64,000 nucleotides of DNA. Origin: Takakia lepidozioides. Its lineage: Eukaryota; Plantae; Bryophyta. Shown piece by piece: positions 37,361-49,256 of this stretch (the first letter of the stretch is position 1; the number at the start of each line of letters is the position of its first letter). The notes below the pieces were generated by a model. That model ran no database searches, was not told the DNA's origin, and worked only from the letters and a program-made list of their open reading frames with translations. Where the stretch lies: assembly GCA_030704615.1 (NCBI GenBank), contig CM060734.1, positions 14,260,001 through 14,324,000 on the forward strand, in the 5' to 3' direction. A program made the position numbers and the translations under genes.

Positions 37361-40059
37361 GTGGGCCCCCATTATAGTAAAGGCAGTGCCGATTTGCTTA
37401 CATTAAAAAATAAAATAAAGTAGGGGCCCGATTTGGGTGCAAGAAAAGGCAACATTCCAACACAGGATTCAATGTACCGGCCGCCGTCGGTCGGCCATTG
37501 TTTATTGTACACGCCGCATTCACCCTGTCACCGTTGTGGATAAGGAAGGATGAATGAAATTTGACCTAGTCATGCAGACGACGTTCGTCCATCCGTAGCA
37601 GCTGTGTAGCTTTCTATTGCGGACTGCAGTTGGCGACCAGGCCTACATCGGAAATAGTCCCAGTTTACGGCCACCGTAAACCGAGCGTAGTAAAAGCGGG
37701 GGATTATGATGCATGACTTGAGATGATGGCGATGATGGATGAGGGGGCATGGCAGCCGAGAACGGAAAGAAACACAAGTGGCGCGACGGAGCACCACGTG
37801 CAGGCGCGGGCAGCGGCCAATGAGCGGCCGGCGCGGGCAGAGCGCACAATAAAGGAGACGGTAAGCGGCCTGCCCTCAAAATCTAGACCCGCGCCCGTAC
37901 AGTGGATATGCGCGGCGATGGGGCAGCGCGGCGCCTAAAGGCGGGCGTGCGCAGGCTGGCAGCGCACGCGGCCCGAGGACAGGGTTGTGGTGCCCACGTG
38001 AACGCTTCTGCCAGGGTCAAAGTCCACCCGCCCGCCCCAGCCCGGGACTGGTCTCGTCCGGACGCTCTGCGCGTTTCGTGGCTGCCCGCGCCACACGCGG
38101 GCACCAGGGCCCGGCTCGGAAACTGTTCCCCATCGTGATACGGCGGTTGGCAGGCCCGCCGGTCGGGGGTTCGACCACGCGCGCTCTAGAAAAGCCGTGG
38201 AATTGACAAATATTGAGATGTGGTTGGTTTTGGGGGGTTCAATACCGTCCCTTGTTTTCGGTTTTAAATAAGGTAGCTGGTTATGAGCACAGTCTGACAT
38301 ACAATCCAATCTAAACCTGTCCAAGGCAGGGTGATTGCTGGCCTGCCAGTTTTTACTGGATTCTATGCATTTTGAAATCTCGTCCATTTTGTTTTGCGAT
38401 CCTTACTGAAAACGATACTAGATCTACAATACCCACTGGTGTAGGTACGGTTGCGCTACTTACATTCCGTCCATGTTGTAGCCTGCTGGATTGGGGCCAA
38501 GCTCATCGCATGTTGACTATCCAATATAACCTGTAATCGAGAAATAAATCGCGGTCTGTTGCATTTGTTCCAGAAGGGAAAAGCAAAACAGCTCTCTCAA
38601 AGTGGATCTTCTCTCCCTCCAAGGTTCTATAACTTCTTTGTTGCTGCTGCTGTGTACCATCAAAGTTGATGAGTCGGTCACGCGGTTTGCTTCACAATAA
38701 ATTACATGTCGAGTATTGTCTTAATCCGGCATATGTTGTGCAGGACAATTGGCCCCGGGTCTACTTCTGTCGAGTAAATACGAAATACAGGATTGTAGCA
38801 TCAAAAGGCAACTGTGCAATTGTAACGAGCTCCTGGCTGCCAAAGACAGAGTGTGGGTCCTTCTTACATACATAGACTACCTATCAGTCGCTACTTGGCA
38901 GAGAAATAATTTTGAAAGAGGGACCATGCCACCCTACAGTACTTGCGACTGCGCCTTGACATCACCATGACGTTTGCCTTGAATAAAGATGAATGGGCGC
39001 TGGCTAATATCACCTGTGACGGATGAATTTGCATAATGCCTGTCATAAGGTACGGGACCGCGCACATGATCCTTTCCTCTTGATGGATAAAAACAAAACC
39101 GTCAACTGGTCAGAGAGACGGATTGCAAAGCTTGCCCGTTTAACGAGGCAGTCCACCTTGGCACTCAGTTGGGCCGGAACCTACAGCATCCAAGCTAAAG
39201 ATCCGCGGCAAACAATGGGATAATGGAAATGTCAGTTTCTTTTTGTGGCGCTGAGTGGCCCACATCAGGCCTGAATTTTGAAGGGTGCCCTTGTCCTTGT
39301 GAAGATTAATGTCTTACTACCAAGTGCGGATGAACGAAATAGTTCACATTTCAGCCAAGACTCGCAGCTAATTCCATTATTTCATTCAATGCATGAATAG
39401 CTTCTCACAAAAAGATAATAGCATCTTCAATGCCGGCACGTGTGGATGGGGCGCCCCCCAATGTAGCACTGGGGTCGCTAAGGGCCAACTTCCATGTCTG
39501 GGCCAAATCGGCCAAGTTATCCAAAGTTGACCCACATCGGTGGAGCATGGCCGTGGGGTGGATGGTTGCTTTAATGTGCATAGGGTTCAAGAGGAATCGG
39601 GCAATAGGTCTGCCTCGTTGTCCAAGGTGCCCGGACCAATTGAGCCGGTCAAAGGGTGGGTCCCGCAAGCAAAGCATTGGGCTCACAAGCAATGTGCACA
39701 AAGGTGACCTTCAGAGCAGAGCAGGTAGAAGAGATATGGTAACCTAGTAAAGCAGGTCAAAAGTGATTACCGATATCGGCCATGAACTCTGGCGCCAAAT
39801 TCCCAGGTATTGCGCTCACCGATGTCGGTCACCGATGTCAGGGTGTCGGCGAAATTTAATGCATGGAAGCAGGGTGTCGTTTTTGTCATCTAGTGCCAAC
39901 TTGGCCGATGGCCGAGACATGGAAGTTGGCCCTGAGGGTGGGGGCGCCCCCCACCCCTCGGGCGAGCCTGTTTCCATGTAGACCTGACCCCTTCCAATGA
40001 CATCATCGTTGGAATGGGTTTGACCAAGGGCTCGACGGTTGACTCTGCGACGGTCCACC

Positions 40060-42810
40060 CATCCTTGGCAAATCCTGCCAACATTATATTCCACGTGATC
40101 AAAGATTGTTGAGGCACTCTATGGAAAACTTGGTGAGCATCCATGATGCTCCCACACTTAACATACATGTTGACAAGGGTGTTGAGTAGAAAAACATTTG
40201 GCATGAATCCACTTTGGATAATGTGAGTGTGCACCTGTTTCCAGCTTCCAAACCTTTCATCTTGATGCACTTAAACAAGAGACAGACATACGTATCTGAA
40301 TCTGCTGAAATGCCTCGTTGGTTTACAGTTGTAGAGCCTCTGTCAGTTTGCCTGCCTCACAAAGCATCTTCACATGCCCAGCAGAAGAGGCATTGTGGAC
40401 CCCCTCTCTTGATCCTCTTTCAGAAGTTGTGGTCATGGTTGAGGTGCCTGATTTTATCAACTGTGCTGCTGCAGCTGCTACCTTTAGTTGACCATCTATC
40501 CATGCAGCAAGTTTCTTGTAACTATTGATCCACATGCAATCATAGATAATCTGGAGCTTGAAATCCGGCCCTCTTCGATGGATTTGGACCCACACTCTAT
40601 TCCTGCTTCAACTATTCATGCCTCTGCACAAATCATGCATACATCCTTGCCTGGCTGCTAGCACCTGACAATGACAGCCTAGATTTGTTCTAGGAAACAC
40701 CCAACTCAAATTATCACACTAGTTCCTATGGTCAATTGCATCCGGTACTCTGTGTAATCCAACAAGCATTCACCTTTTTGCCTCGATTGTCCCACCATTG
40801 ACTGGGGTCAGAAAAGTATTCATTCCACATCTTCTCCTCGTCTCAGCTGTTACCTGTTTCTGGATACTTCCCTGTTGTCACATTGGCAGTACCATGTCAA
40901 AGTCACTCCAAACTATCAAAGGTTCACTCAACCAGCTAACTTGCAGAATTCAACATGAAAATTTAGGGCCGATTCTGATAAGAGGGAAAAACAGGGTGAA
41001 ATGTGTTGAAGAAGGTGTCTTCATTAGCAGTGCCTGATTTTATCAATTGTGCCGCTGCTGCTGCGGCTTCCAGTTGACCATCTACCCATGCAGGTTTCTT
41101 GTAGCTATCCTTCCACAGGGAACTATAGGTAATCTGGAGCTTGAAATCCAGCCCTCTTGGATGAATCTGGACCCACACTCTATCCCTGCTCCTTCAGCTA
41201 TCCAGGCCTCTGCACAAATTATGCACACATCCTCGCCTTGCTGTTAGCAGCTGACAATGACAGCCTAGCTGAATTGTTCCAGCAAACACCCCAACCCTAC
41301 TCACTTAGAGGTTGTAGTGTCCAAAGCCATGTCTGTTTCCAGAAAATTGTCTGATGAAAATGAAGTTAGGCAGAAAACTTCCCTGGACTTGTTTCTAGTC
41401 TATGACATGGGGGAGGACATCATGGATGACCTCAAGGGTCTACCCACTCTCGGCACCAGACTGAAATTTAAACTCAAGGTAGGAATCCTACCTTTGAATA
41501 GCAAACAGAAGCAGAGAGGAAAGGGAGGGTGCAATTGCACCAACTCCACTTATCACACTAGTTCCAATGGTCAATTGCATCTGCTACTCTCTGTAATCTG
41601 ACAGGCATTCAACTTTTTGCCTGGGTTGTCCCACCATTTACTGGGATCAGAAAAGTATTCATCCCACAACTTCTCCTCATATCTGTTTGCCTGTTTTTGG
41701 ATACTTTCCTGTTGTCACATTGGTAGTATCATGGCAAAGTCACTCCAAACAAGATTCACTCAACCAGCTAACTTGCAGAATTCAACATGGAAATTTAGGG
41801 TGCTGCTGCGGCTTCCACTTGACCATCTGTTTTTTGTAGCTATCCTCCATAGGGAATCATAGGTAATCTGGAGCTTGAAATCCGGGCCTCTTGGATGAAT
41901 CTGGACCCACAATCTATGCCTGCAGTCCTTCAGCCATCCATGCCTGTGTACAAATCGTGAATACATCATCAGCCTTGCTGCTAGCAGCTGAAGCAGCCGA
42001 TACTGACGGCGTAAAGTTCTTCCAACAAACACCCCAACCCTACCTACACCAACTTATCAAAATCACTCCAAAACTACCATAGATCCACCAACAAGCTTCT
42101 CCTCATCTATGTTATCTATTTTTTGGATACTTTCCTACTGCCACATCAGCAGTAACTTGTCAAAGTCACTCCTAACCACCACAGATCCACCCAACGAGCT
42201 AACTTACAGAATTCAATATGCATCTCAGGGCCGAGCCTAATGAGAGGGAAAAACAGGCAGATTTAGCCATATTGTTGAACACTCCCTCCATATTTGACAT
42301 ACATGTCCACAAGGGTATTGTTCATAATTACATCTGGTACATTTCTAACTTTGACGATGCAACTATGGACCTCTTTGCCCTTTTCCAGCGCTGCCAGGCT
42401 TGCACACGCACTACAAATGCACACAAACGTTATGTGGTCAGGCTTCACCCCTTCCCCCATCATTTGCTCATAGGTCTCCAAAGCCTCCATCTCGCGCCCC
42501 TCCTGTGCACAGCCTGGAAGCATCGCATTCCACGACACCACATCTCATTCAGCCATAGTGTTGAACACTCCCTCCGCATCCTCAATGCTCCCACATTTGG
42601 CATACGTGTCCACGAGGGTATTGTTCAAAATCACATCTGGTACAATTCCAGCTTTGGTGATGCAACCATGCACCTCTTTGCCCTTTTCCAGGGCTATCAC
42701 CAATGACTGAGGTCAGAAAAGTATTCATTCCATAGCTTCTCCTCATCTCTGTTACTTGTTTTTGGCTGCTTTTATGTTGTGAGGGAAAAACAAGGTGAAA
42801 TGTGTTGACG
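40060..42810 (-). pseudogene. OSB-type PDF-motif / PLS-class PPR fusion gene remnant
   Basis: PPR motifs at 40400-40060 (LCEAGKLTEAL, TYVCLL, QVHTHIIQSG..NVFLLNTLVNMYVKCGS..DA..VF..ITWN) and 42695-42262 (VSWNAML, VKPDHITFV, LEKGKEVH). PDF half-motifs EEK.W.EYFSDPS.WWDN.GKK (40840-40771, 41680-41612, partial 42745-42700) and IHPRGPDFKLQIT..LW..P.WVDGQL (~40585, ~41166, ~41900). Confidence 0.85.
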
Positions 42811-42819
42811 AAGGTCCAG

Positions 42820-43605
42820 GGCATATTTTTTACGTTTCTCTAAAATCGAATCGTTTGGATAGTGATCATGGCAGAAAGTGAATTCAATAAAGTGAATGAT
42901 GAGTTGTGGGGATAGTGAGGTAGGGGGAAGAGTATTGATGGGCAGGCCATGCATTAGGAGTATGTCTGGGCAGAGTCTAGCTAGGTAGGAGCATGGTGAA
43001 CGGGTACAAATGCATGGTAGCAGCCACGGTGGTACTGTATGGTCAGGTGGTCTACCCTGGTAGGTGCCAGCATTCACGAGTGAGAACCACCTAGTTTCCG
43101 CACATTTTTTAAAAAGCTTATGGAGGTGCCAGACTGCATGGTTGTGTCTCATGATATGTAGGCCATGTATGATCAGGTGCGTACATTGGCTGAGAAGATG
43201 CGGCCAAGTGTCGCGAGCTTGGTGGGTGGTGGAGCATAGTGGGCAGTAAGGGGATGGGAACAAGTGTGGCCAAAAGATGTGTTTGCGTTGGTGGCCCATT
43301 TATTGGGCGTACCTAAATTTGAGTGTTTGTCGGATTTGTGCGTCAGTGGTGGCTTTGGTTAGCCAGAAGTGATTTGAGAGTTTATGGTGTAGGATATCGG
43401 ATTGAATCCATTTTTGGATGTGTACTTTGGTATGGCTGATGGAGGCGGCGGCTTGTTTGTGTGCTTCTCTGGTCAGAGTGGTTAGGAGGTTACGGACTGG
43501 TCTAGGTGCAGGGGGGTCGGGGACTGGGTGAATGAACCAAAAGGGGTGGGTGTGAGCGATGTGGATGGGATCGTTCGTGGGTAATACTGGGGGTTGAGAG
43601 GCGCC
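42820..43605 (-). mobile_element. RLE-type non-LTR retrotransposon C-terminus, Dualen/RandI-like
   Basis: CPLC..DTWPHLLSQC (CCHC knuckle), RHNHAV, PDIL, HFIEFTFCHD..K..KY restriction-like endonuclease motifs. Runs into the assembly gap. Confidence 0.8.
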
Positions 43606-44105
43606 NNNNNNNNNNNNNNNNNNNNNNNNNNNNNNNNNNNNNNNNNNNNNNNNNNNNNNNNNNNNNNNNNNNNNNNNNNNNNNNNNNNNNNNNNNNNNNN
43701 NNNNNNNNNNNNNNNNNNNNNNNNNNNNNNNNNNNNNNNNNNNNNNNNNNNNNNNNNNNNNNNNNNNNNNNNNNNNNNNNNNNNNNNNNNNNNNNNNNNN
43801 NNNNNNNNNNNNNNNNNNNNNNNNNNNNNNNNNNNNNNNNNNNNNNNNNNNNNNNNNNNNNNNNNNNNNNNNNNNNNNNNNNNNNNNNNNNNNNNNNNNN
43901 NNNNNNNNNNNNNNNNNNNNNNNNNNNNNNNNNNNNNNNNNNNNNNNNNNNNNNNNNNNNNNNNNNNNNNNNNNNNNNNNNNNNNNNNNNNNNNNNNNNN
44001 NNNNNNNNNNNNNNNNNNNNNNNNNNNNNNNNNNNNNNNNNNNNNNNNNNNNNNNNNNNNNNNNNNNNNNNNNNNNNNNNNNNNNNNNNNNNNNNNNNNN
44101 NNNNN
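43606..44105. other. Assembly gap (500 N)
   Basis: Run of N; adjacency across the gap is unverified. Confidence 1.
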
Positions 44106-45508
44106 ATGGCTTTTGAGAACCTTGCCATTGCACAGCACCGTGATACGTTGAGGTATGCCACTATACGTGGTGGAGGATATCGTCCTGGGGTTCGGAGGTT
44201 TAGCCCTGGTGACTATGTTTATTTGCAGCAGACTGCTCCTACGACTCTGGATGTTACTGCAGGGCGTGTTATTCTGAGGGTTCGAGAGGTGTTGCCCTCA
44301 GGGGTCCTGATCTTAGAGGGTCGGGATGGCATGACTTGGAAAGACCATGTGCGTAATTGTGCGCCATGTCACCTTCCCAATGTCGATGGCAGAGTTGACC
44401 CAAACTTGGCAGTGGTACCTGCAGGTTTGAGGTGCATGCTCTGTGGGTCTGCCAAAGGGGCAGCCACCATGCTGGTTGGCATATGGGATGCTTGACACCA
44501 CCCCTTGAGAAGGTTCCTGACGGAGATTGGTTGTGTCCACACTGCTTGGGATAGTGGCAGTGGACATGACTGGAGGCAGCTAACAAGACATGGGAGGCCA
44601 AGCTCATAGGAGTCAATACATGAGATCCCAAGCTCAAGTTCACAGGTTGCAAGACGGCGACTAACGATGGGGCAACTCTTGCACCCGGCCTCTTGATCTA
44701 TCGAGTTTGAGTGTAGTAGGGATAGTGGTGGAGGACTTAGTGAGGCTATGGTCACTATCACATCTTGTGGCTACCTGGACTTAGAGGGACCTAAGCACCA
44801 GCTAGGGGGGCGATTGTGTGGACTAGTGACTGCCATAGTGGGCAGCGTAGTGGCAGCCTAGTGACTGACTAGTTGTAGCCTAGTGGTTGGACTAGTGGTT
44901 GGACTAGTGGTAGACTAGTGGTATACTAGTGTGTGGTGTGCACATGTGTTGTGTGGTTTTGGACAGCGATGTAGTTGTGTAGCGATATGTATGCGCACGA
45001 CAGCTGTCAAGTTATTTTACCACTAGTGTGAAACTAGCTAGGAAATAGCTAGCTTTTACATATTGACATTTGGGATTGGCCCAAGTGTCAATCCAGGGGT
45101 CAAGGCAGATTTAGGCCCTGGAGTGGTTATCTTCACGGCAAGCGCGGGAGGCTCATCTTTCTCGAGTTGAGCCTCACCGCGCCTAGCTATGGCGCCGTAG
45201 TGTGGATTCCCCATGGCGTGGGGTGCACTTGGCTTGACTTGTATTTGAGTGATGAGGTTATATATGCCTGAGTTTATGCTTCAGCTTTGTGAGCTCGCAT
45301 GAGCTTGTGCTTGTATTCTTCCTCTTTATCATTGTGTGGACTAGTGACTGCCATAGTGGGCAGCGTAGTGGCAGCCTAGTGACTGACTAGTTGTAGCCTA
45401 GTGGTTGGACTAGTGGTAGACTAGTGGTATACTAGTGTGTGGTGTGCACATGTGTTGTGTGGTTTTGGACAGCGATGTAGTTGTGTAGCGATATGTATGC
45501 GCACGACA
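44106..45508 (+). mobile_element. Ty3/gypsy 3' end: integrase C-terminus with PHD finger, PPT and rearranged LTR
   Basis: NLAIAQHRDTLRYA..RFSPGDYVYL (GPY/F-like), then CMLC..GWHMGCLTPPLEKVPDGDWLCPHC (frameshifted PHD). PPT AGGGGGG at 44804-44810. 44815-45002 is repeated at 45333-45508. Confidence 0.85.
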
Positions 45509-45509
45509 C

Positions 45510-45728
45510 AGCATCCATGTGTCGATAAGGCAGAGGATAGGAGGCGAATGCGTCATCACAAAAGATCAGGGTAACTGAAATGGTGGACGAACACAAGTGG
45601 TGTCCGTGGCAAGTTCCATCCCCAGAAACATTCAAGCAATCTCCTGAGGCAACAACTGAAGGAGATCCACGAAGCGACAGAAACACCCTTTGGCCTACTT
45701 GGAACCCCATGAAGTTAGTAACCTCCAC
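45510..45728 (-). pseudogene. Fragment resembling the Tnp1/En-Spm-associated domain of plant DNA transposon accessory proteins
   Basis: VVASG..V..DGTCHGHHL..ISV....D....PLPY pattern; truncated by the LTR. Confidence 0.35.
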
Positions 45729-48700
45729 TGGGCAGTGGAGGTCCAGTAAAATCCTATTATTGGACTGAAGATCAACTGAAGGAAAGAAAGTCTTGCCACC
45801 AAAAGGAGAAACTTAAGTATAACTTTTTCGACTGTTTTCAATGAGAAAACAATATGGATTGAAAAAGTAAAGTCAATGTTTGGATCTACACTGGGACTGA
45901 TAAAAAACAATTGGAATTAAATTGGAGTATGAGGGCGGAGTATAGACTACATCTATCGGAACTGTCAGATGAAGTCACAAATGCCAACCTCCACTGGGCA
46001 GTGGAGGTTGGATGATATCTGTTGATGAAATCAACCACATGGATGAACAATGGATAATGAAGAAGCCCTCTGTAGATGAAAAAATGATTATATGGATGGA
46101 TGAATAATAATGTGGCGACTGCCCAGTGGAGGTTTGGGAGTAACTTTAGACAAACAAAAGCAAGTTTAGCTGGTGCACATGGAGAGTACACAAAAAATTG
46201 AGTATCATACTATCCTACGTGAGAAATGTGCAATTGACACCTGAGACTAAGGAAGCAGGGAGAGACTCAGAGGCTGCTTCAGAAGTACCCTATGGGCAGA
46301 GTGGTGCAGGACATGCAAAGAGGTACACGTTGTCCAGAGAGGTGCAGGATGTCCAGAGAGGTGCGTGAGAGAAAAGAAGCAAGTGAGAGGTTCAAAGTGG
46401 GAAGTTGGTGTTGTGTGGATTCGGACGTTATATAGAGGTGACATGTAACTTTCATCTTTGAATTGCTCCAATGGCAAGTGTGGTATGCTTTCTCTCCCGG
46501 ATCGATTGTGGTCACCGTGGATTATGGCGGAATCGAACGGCTTATTTCAACTCGCGAAAATCTCGGCTTCATTGAAAGTGTGCACAATTTTCCATTTATT
46601 GACAGCAGCCATTGTCACATTAATTATGGAACAAACGATAACGGCCGCGATCAGACTGAATTCTATCGTACTTGTACGTTAGTAGGACTACAAGTCTGGC
46701 ATCATTATCGTGCGGCTCTGACAGCAGACTCTGGAATAAGCGTGAAGGATGTCGATTCTGACAAGTGGCCTGGAGAAATGAAGTCAGTCGGCTAATCGCC
46801 ACAACTAATTTGGGACTGCACATTAACAATCGATCATTATAATTAGCTGGGAGGAATCCGGAGGTGAACCATAAAGCACTTTGAGATTGTTCTGTTTATA
46901 TTTATCGTGCTGTTATAGTGAATAAACACTTGGGCAGGGCGGGGCATTACATGCCGGCGCATTGCATTGGACAGCGAGGGCGGTGCATTACAGGTGTGCA
47001 TAATGCTCTGTCGTGCCTTGCTTGCTGGCACATGTTTAATGTAGGGATGGACCCCTCGTGTCGGGTATCCCTCGATAAATGGGCAGTCCCTATGGTGGCT
47101 CTGGACCTTAAATTGAGGAATGCCCGACACGAGGGGCCATCTACTATCCTTAAAGCCGTATGTCTGTCAGGGAATATTGACGCCTGGCGGCTAACAGCCG
47201 AAAGTAATTGTGGACGGCTCAATATGAGACAATGATTATATAGTGTGACAAATCCGTAGGTACAGTGTTGTGTCCTCTGGCAGATTGAGTTTGAAACGAC
47301 TGCCTAGGCGTCTCACATGGGTGGTCACATGTGCGTTTGGGGCGTGGGTTAAGGTTTGTTGGCTTCGAATCTATTTTAAGATTTTTGTAAGCGTGAGGGT
47401 TGCAGAGTCTGACCAATGGCGTCATTACAATCATTTCGTCCTTTTTTCATTCGTCTATCCAGTCGTCTGTCCAAACGTGTGTGCATTCATGGAGTTGAAC
47501 TAATTTCATCTGCGTGGATGGACAGTATTAATGTTAGTTTGCGTGGATGGGGCAAAACATCCATTTGGGCCGCGCGACCGTTCGATTTCGGACGGAGGCG
47601 ATGGTTCAGATCATCCTTGAAGGTCGCTTATAAGGGGTGCGCTCTTTGAGCCCGCCCTTTGGGCTTCCCATTTTCTACGCGTAAGCACTGCACGAGTGAG
47701 AGCTTAACAGTTGAGAGAGGAGACCGTGAAAGAGAAGAGTTTTGGAGCTCATTTTGCAGCGACTGGACACTGGAGCATGGAGAGAAAGAGTAGACTTGGC
47801 CGAGTGCAGAGAGAGGAGAGGGTGAAAGGTGAGAGAGTGAAATAGGCGAAATTTGAAGAGCGGGGAGGAGAGACCGGACAGTGGCAAGTGGAGATTGACG
47901 AGTGTAGAGGCGAGAGCATAGTGCAATTACCGGTAGGCGGAGGTGCGGAAGAGAGTATCAAACGAAGGAATGTGGTTGCAAGGGCACCAAAATGGTCGGC
48001 ACAAGCAGGTACAACATTACAAACTCCCTCTTTTCGTCTTATGTTTCACGTTTTGTGTTGGCCTGTTCTGAATTCATGTGTTGGCTTGTTCTCAGTTTTG
48101 TGTTGGCCGCTCTCGATTCAGGTGGCCTGTTCAAGATTCAATTCGTTTTGATCCTGCTTCATTCTCTGTTGCACTGCACTATCTTCAGTGCTTCAGTCCG
48201 TGCTTTAGTGCACATTAGGTTTCTGTTTCATTGTTTGCTTCGTTGTTTACTTCAATGTTGTTTCATTCTCTGTCAATTCATTTCACTCATGCTCCATTCT
48301 GTGCTTCAGTGCATTCTTGCGTCATTGCTTCACTGTTGTTTTTCAATTCACCGATGGTTTGTAGGGTGATTTTGTGTGGTGGTTTTGTGTGCAATTGGGT
48401 TTGTGTGTGCTTGTTCTGGTCGATTAGGGCAATGGTTTAGGGTGGCGGGAGATTACCATGTTGGTTGTATTGTTTGTTTTCTTCATTGTGGTGGTTTATT
48501 GAGGACAGTGGTTTCGGAAATGCCCGGATGTTTATTTCTCAACCGTTTTCTTGATCCCCAAATCCAGCGTTAGTTGATGCATTTCTTCCTATTCAAATTC
48601 GATTCTGAATGGAAATTTTCATTTCTTATCCAATTATGTTGAATTCGGCAATTCTGAAAAACTACGATAGCCTAGTCTACTTGTATTCTATAGTAGACAT

Positions 48701-49256
48701 ATGCTAACTGTAGGCTTCGTGCAGGCCAGAGTAGAGTATTCGTAGACCCATGTCATGCACATGAGCAACCAGAAACTGGAACCTCCACTGCCCAGTGGAT
48801 GTTCGCGTGAATTCTGTATGCGGAAGCTGAAAGACATTTTTTTAAAGTAAGGACGAAATAGGATAATTACGGGAAAATTGAAATCAGTTTGAGATGATGT
48901 GGGAACGAGTGATGGAATCATATGTGTAACATTGTAAGACACATACTTTCCAACGAGATTGGGATATGATAATTGGGAACCTCCACTACCCAGTGGAGGT
49001 TCGATATTTCTTTGGGTCAGCCAATTACACACTCTGATTAGTTTTTATGTCAGAATGAGAAAGAGGAACGAGGGTGGGGAACCGGTGTCCGACGATGAGT
49101 ACAAGACAGCCAGATTAAATTGGAGCAAGAGACGGTGTTCGGTAGACGTGATGGAAGTGGACCGTCTAGATCAAAAACATGGTGTTTCGGAACCAGATGA
49201 AAAATCGAGTTGGGGGTCTACCGAGCCGAACAAAATGTCTGTCAATGACGAAAATG

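Noticed and set aside
37480-38190. GC-rich segment ending in a small hairpin and CTAG as a Helitron 3' end
   Set aside because: The stem is only 5 bp, CTAG is followed by A rather than T, and no 5' TC end was found; it could equally be a promoter island.
43300-44161. Long ORFs spanning poly-X
   Set aside because: Artefacts of the 500-N gap.
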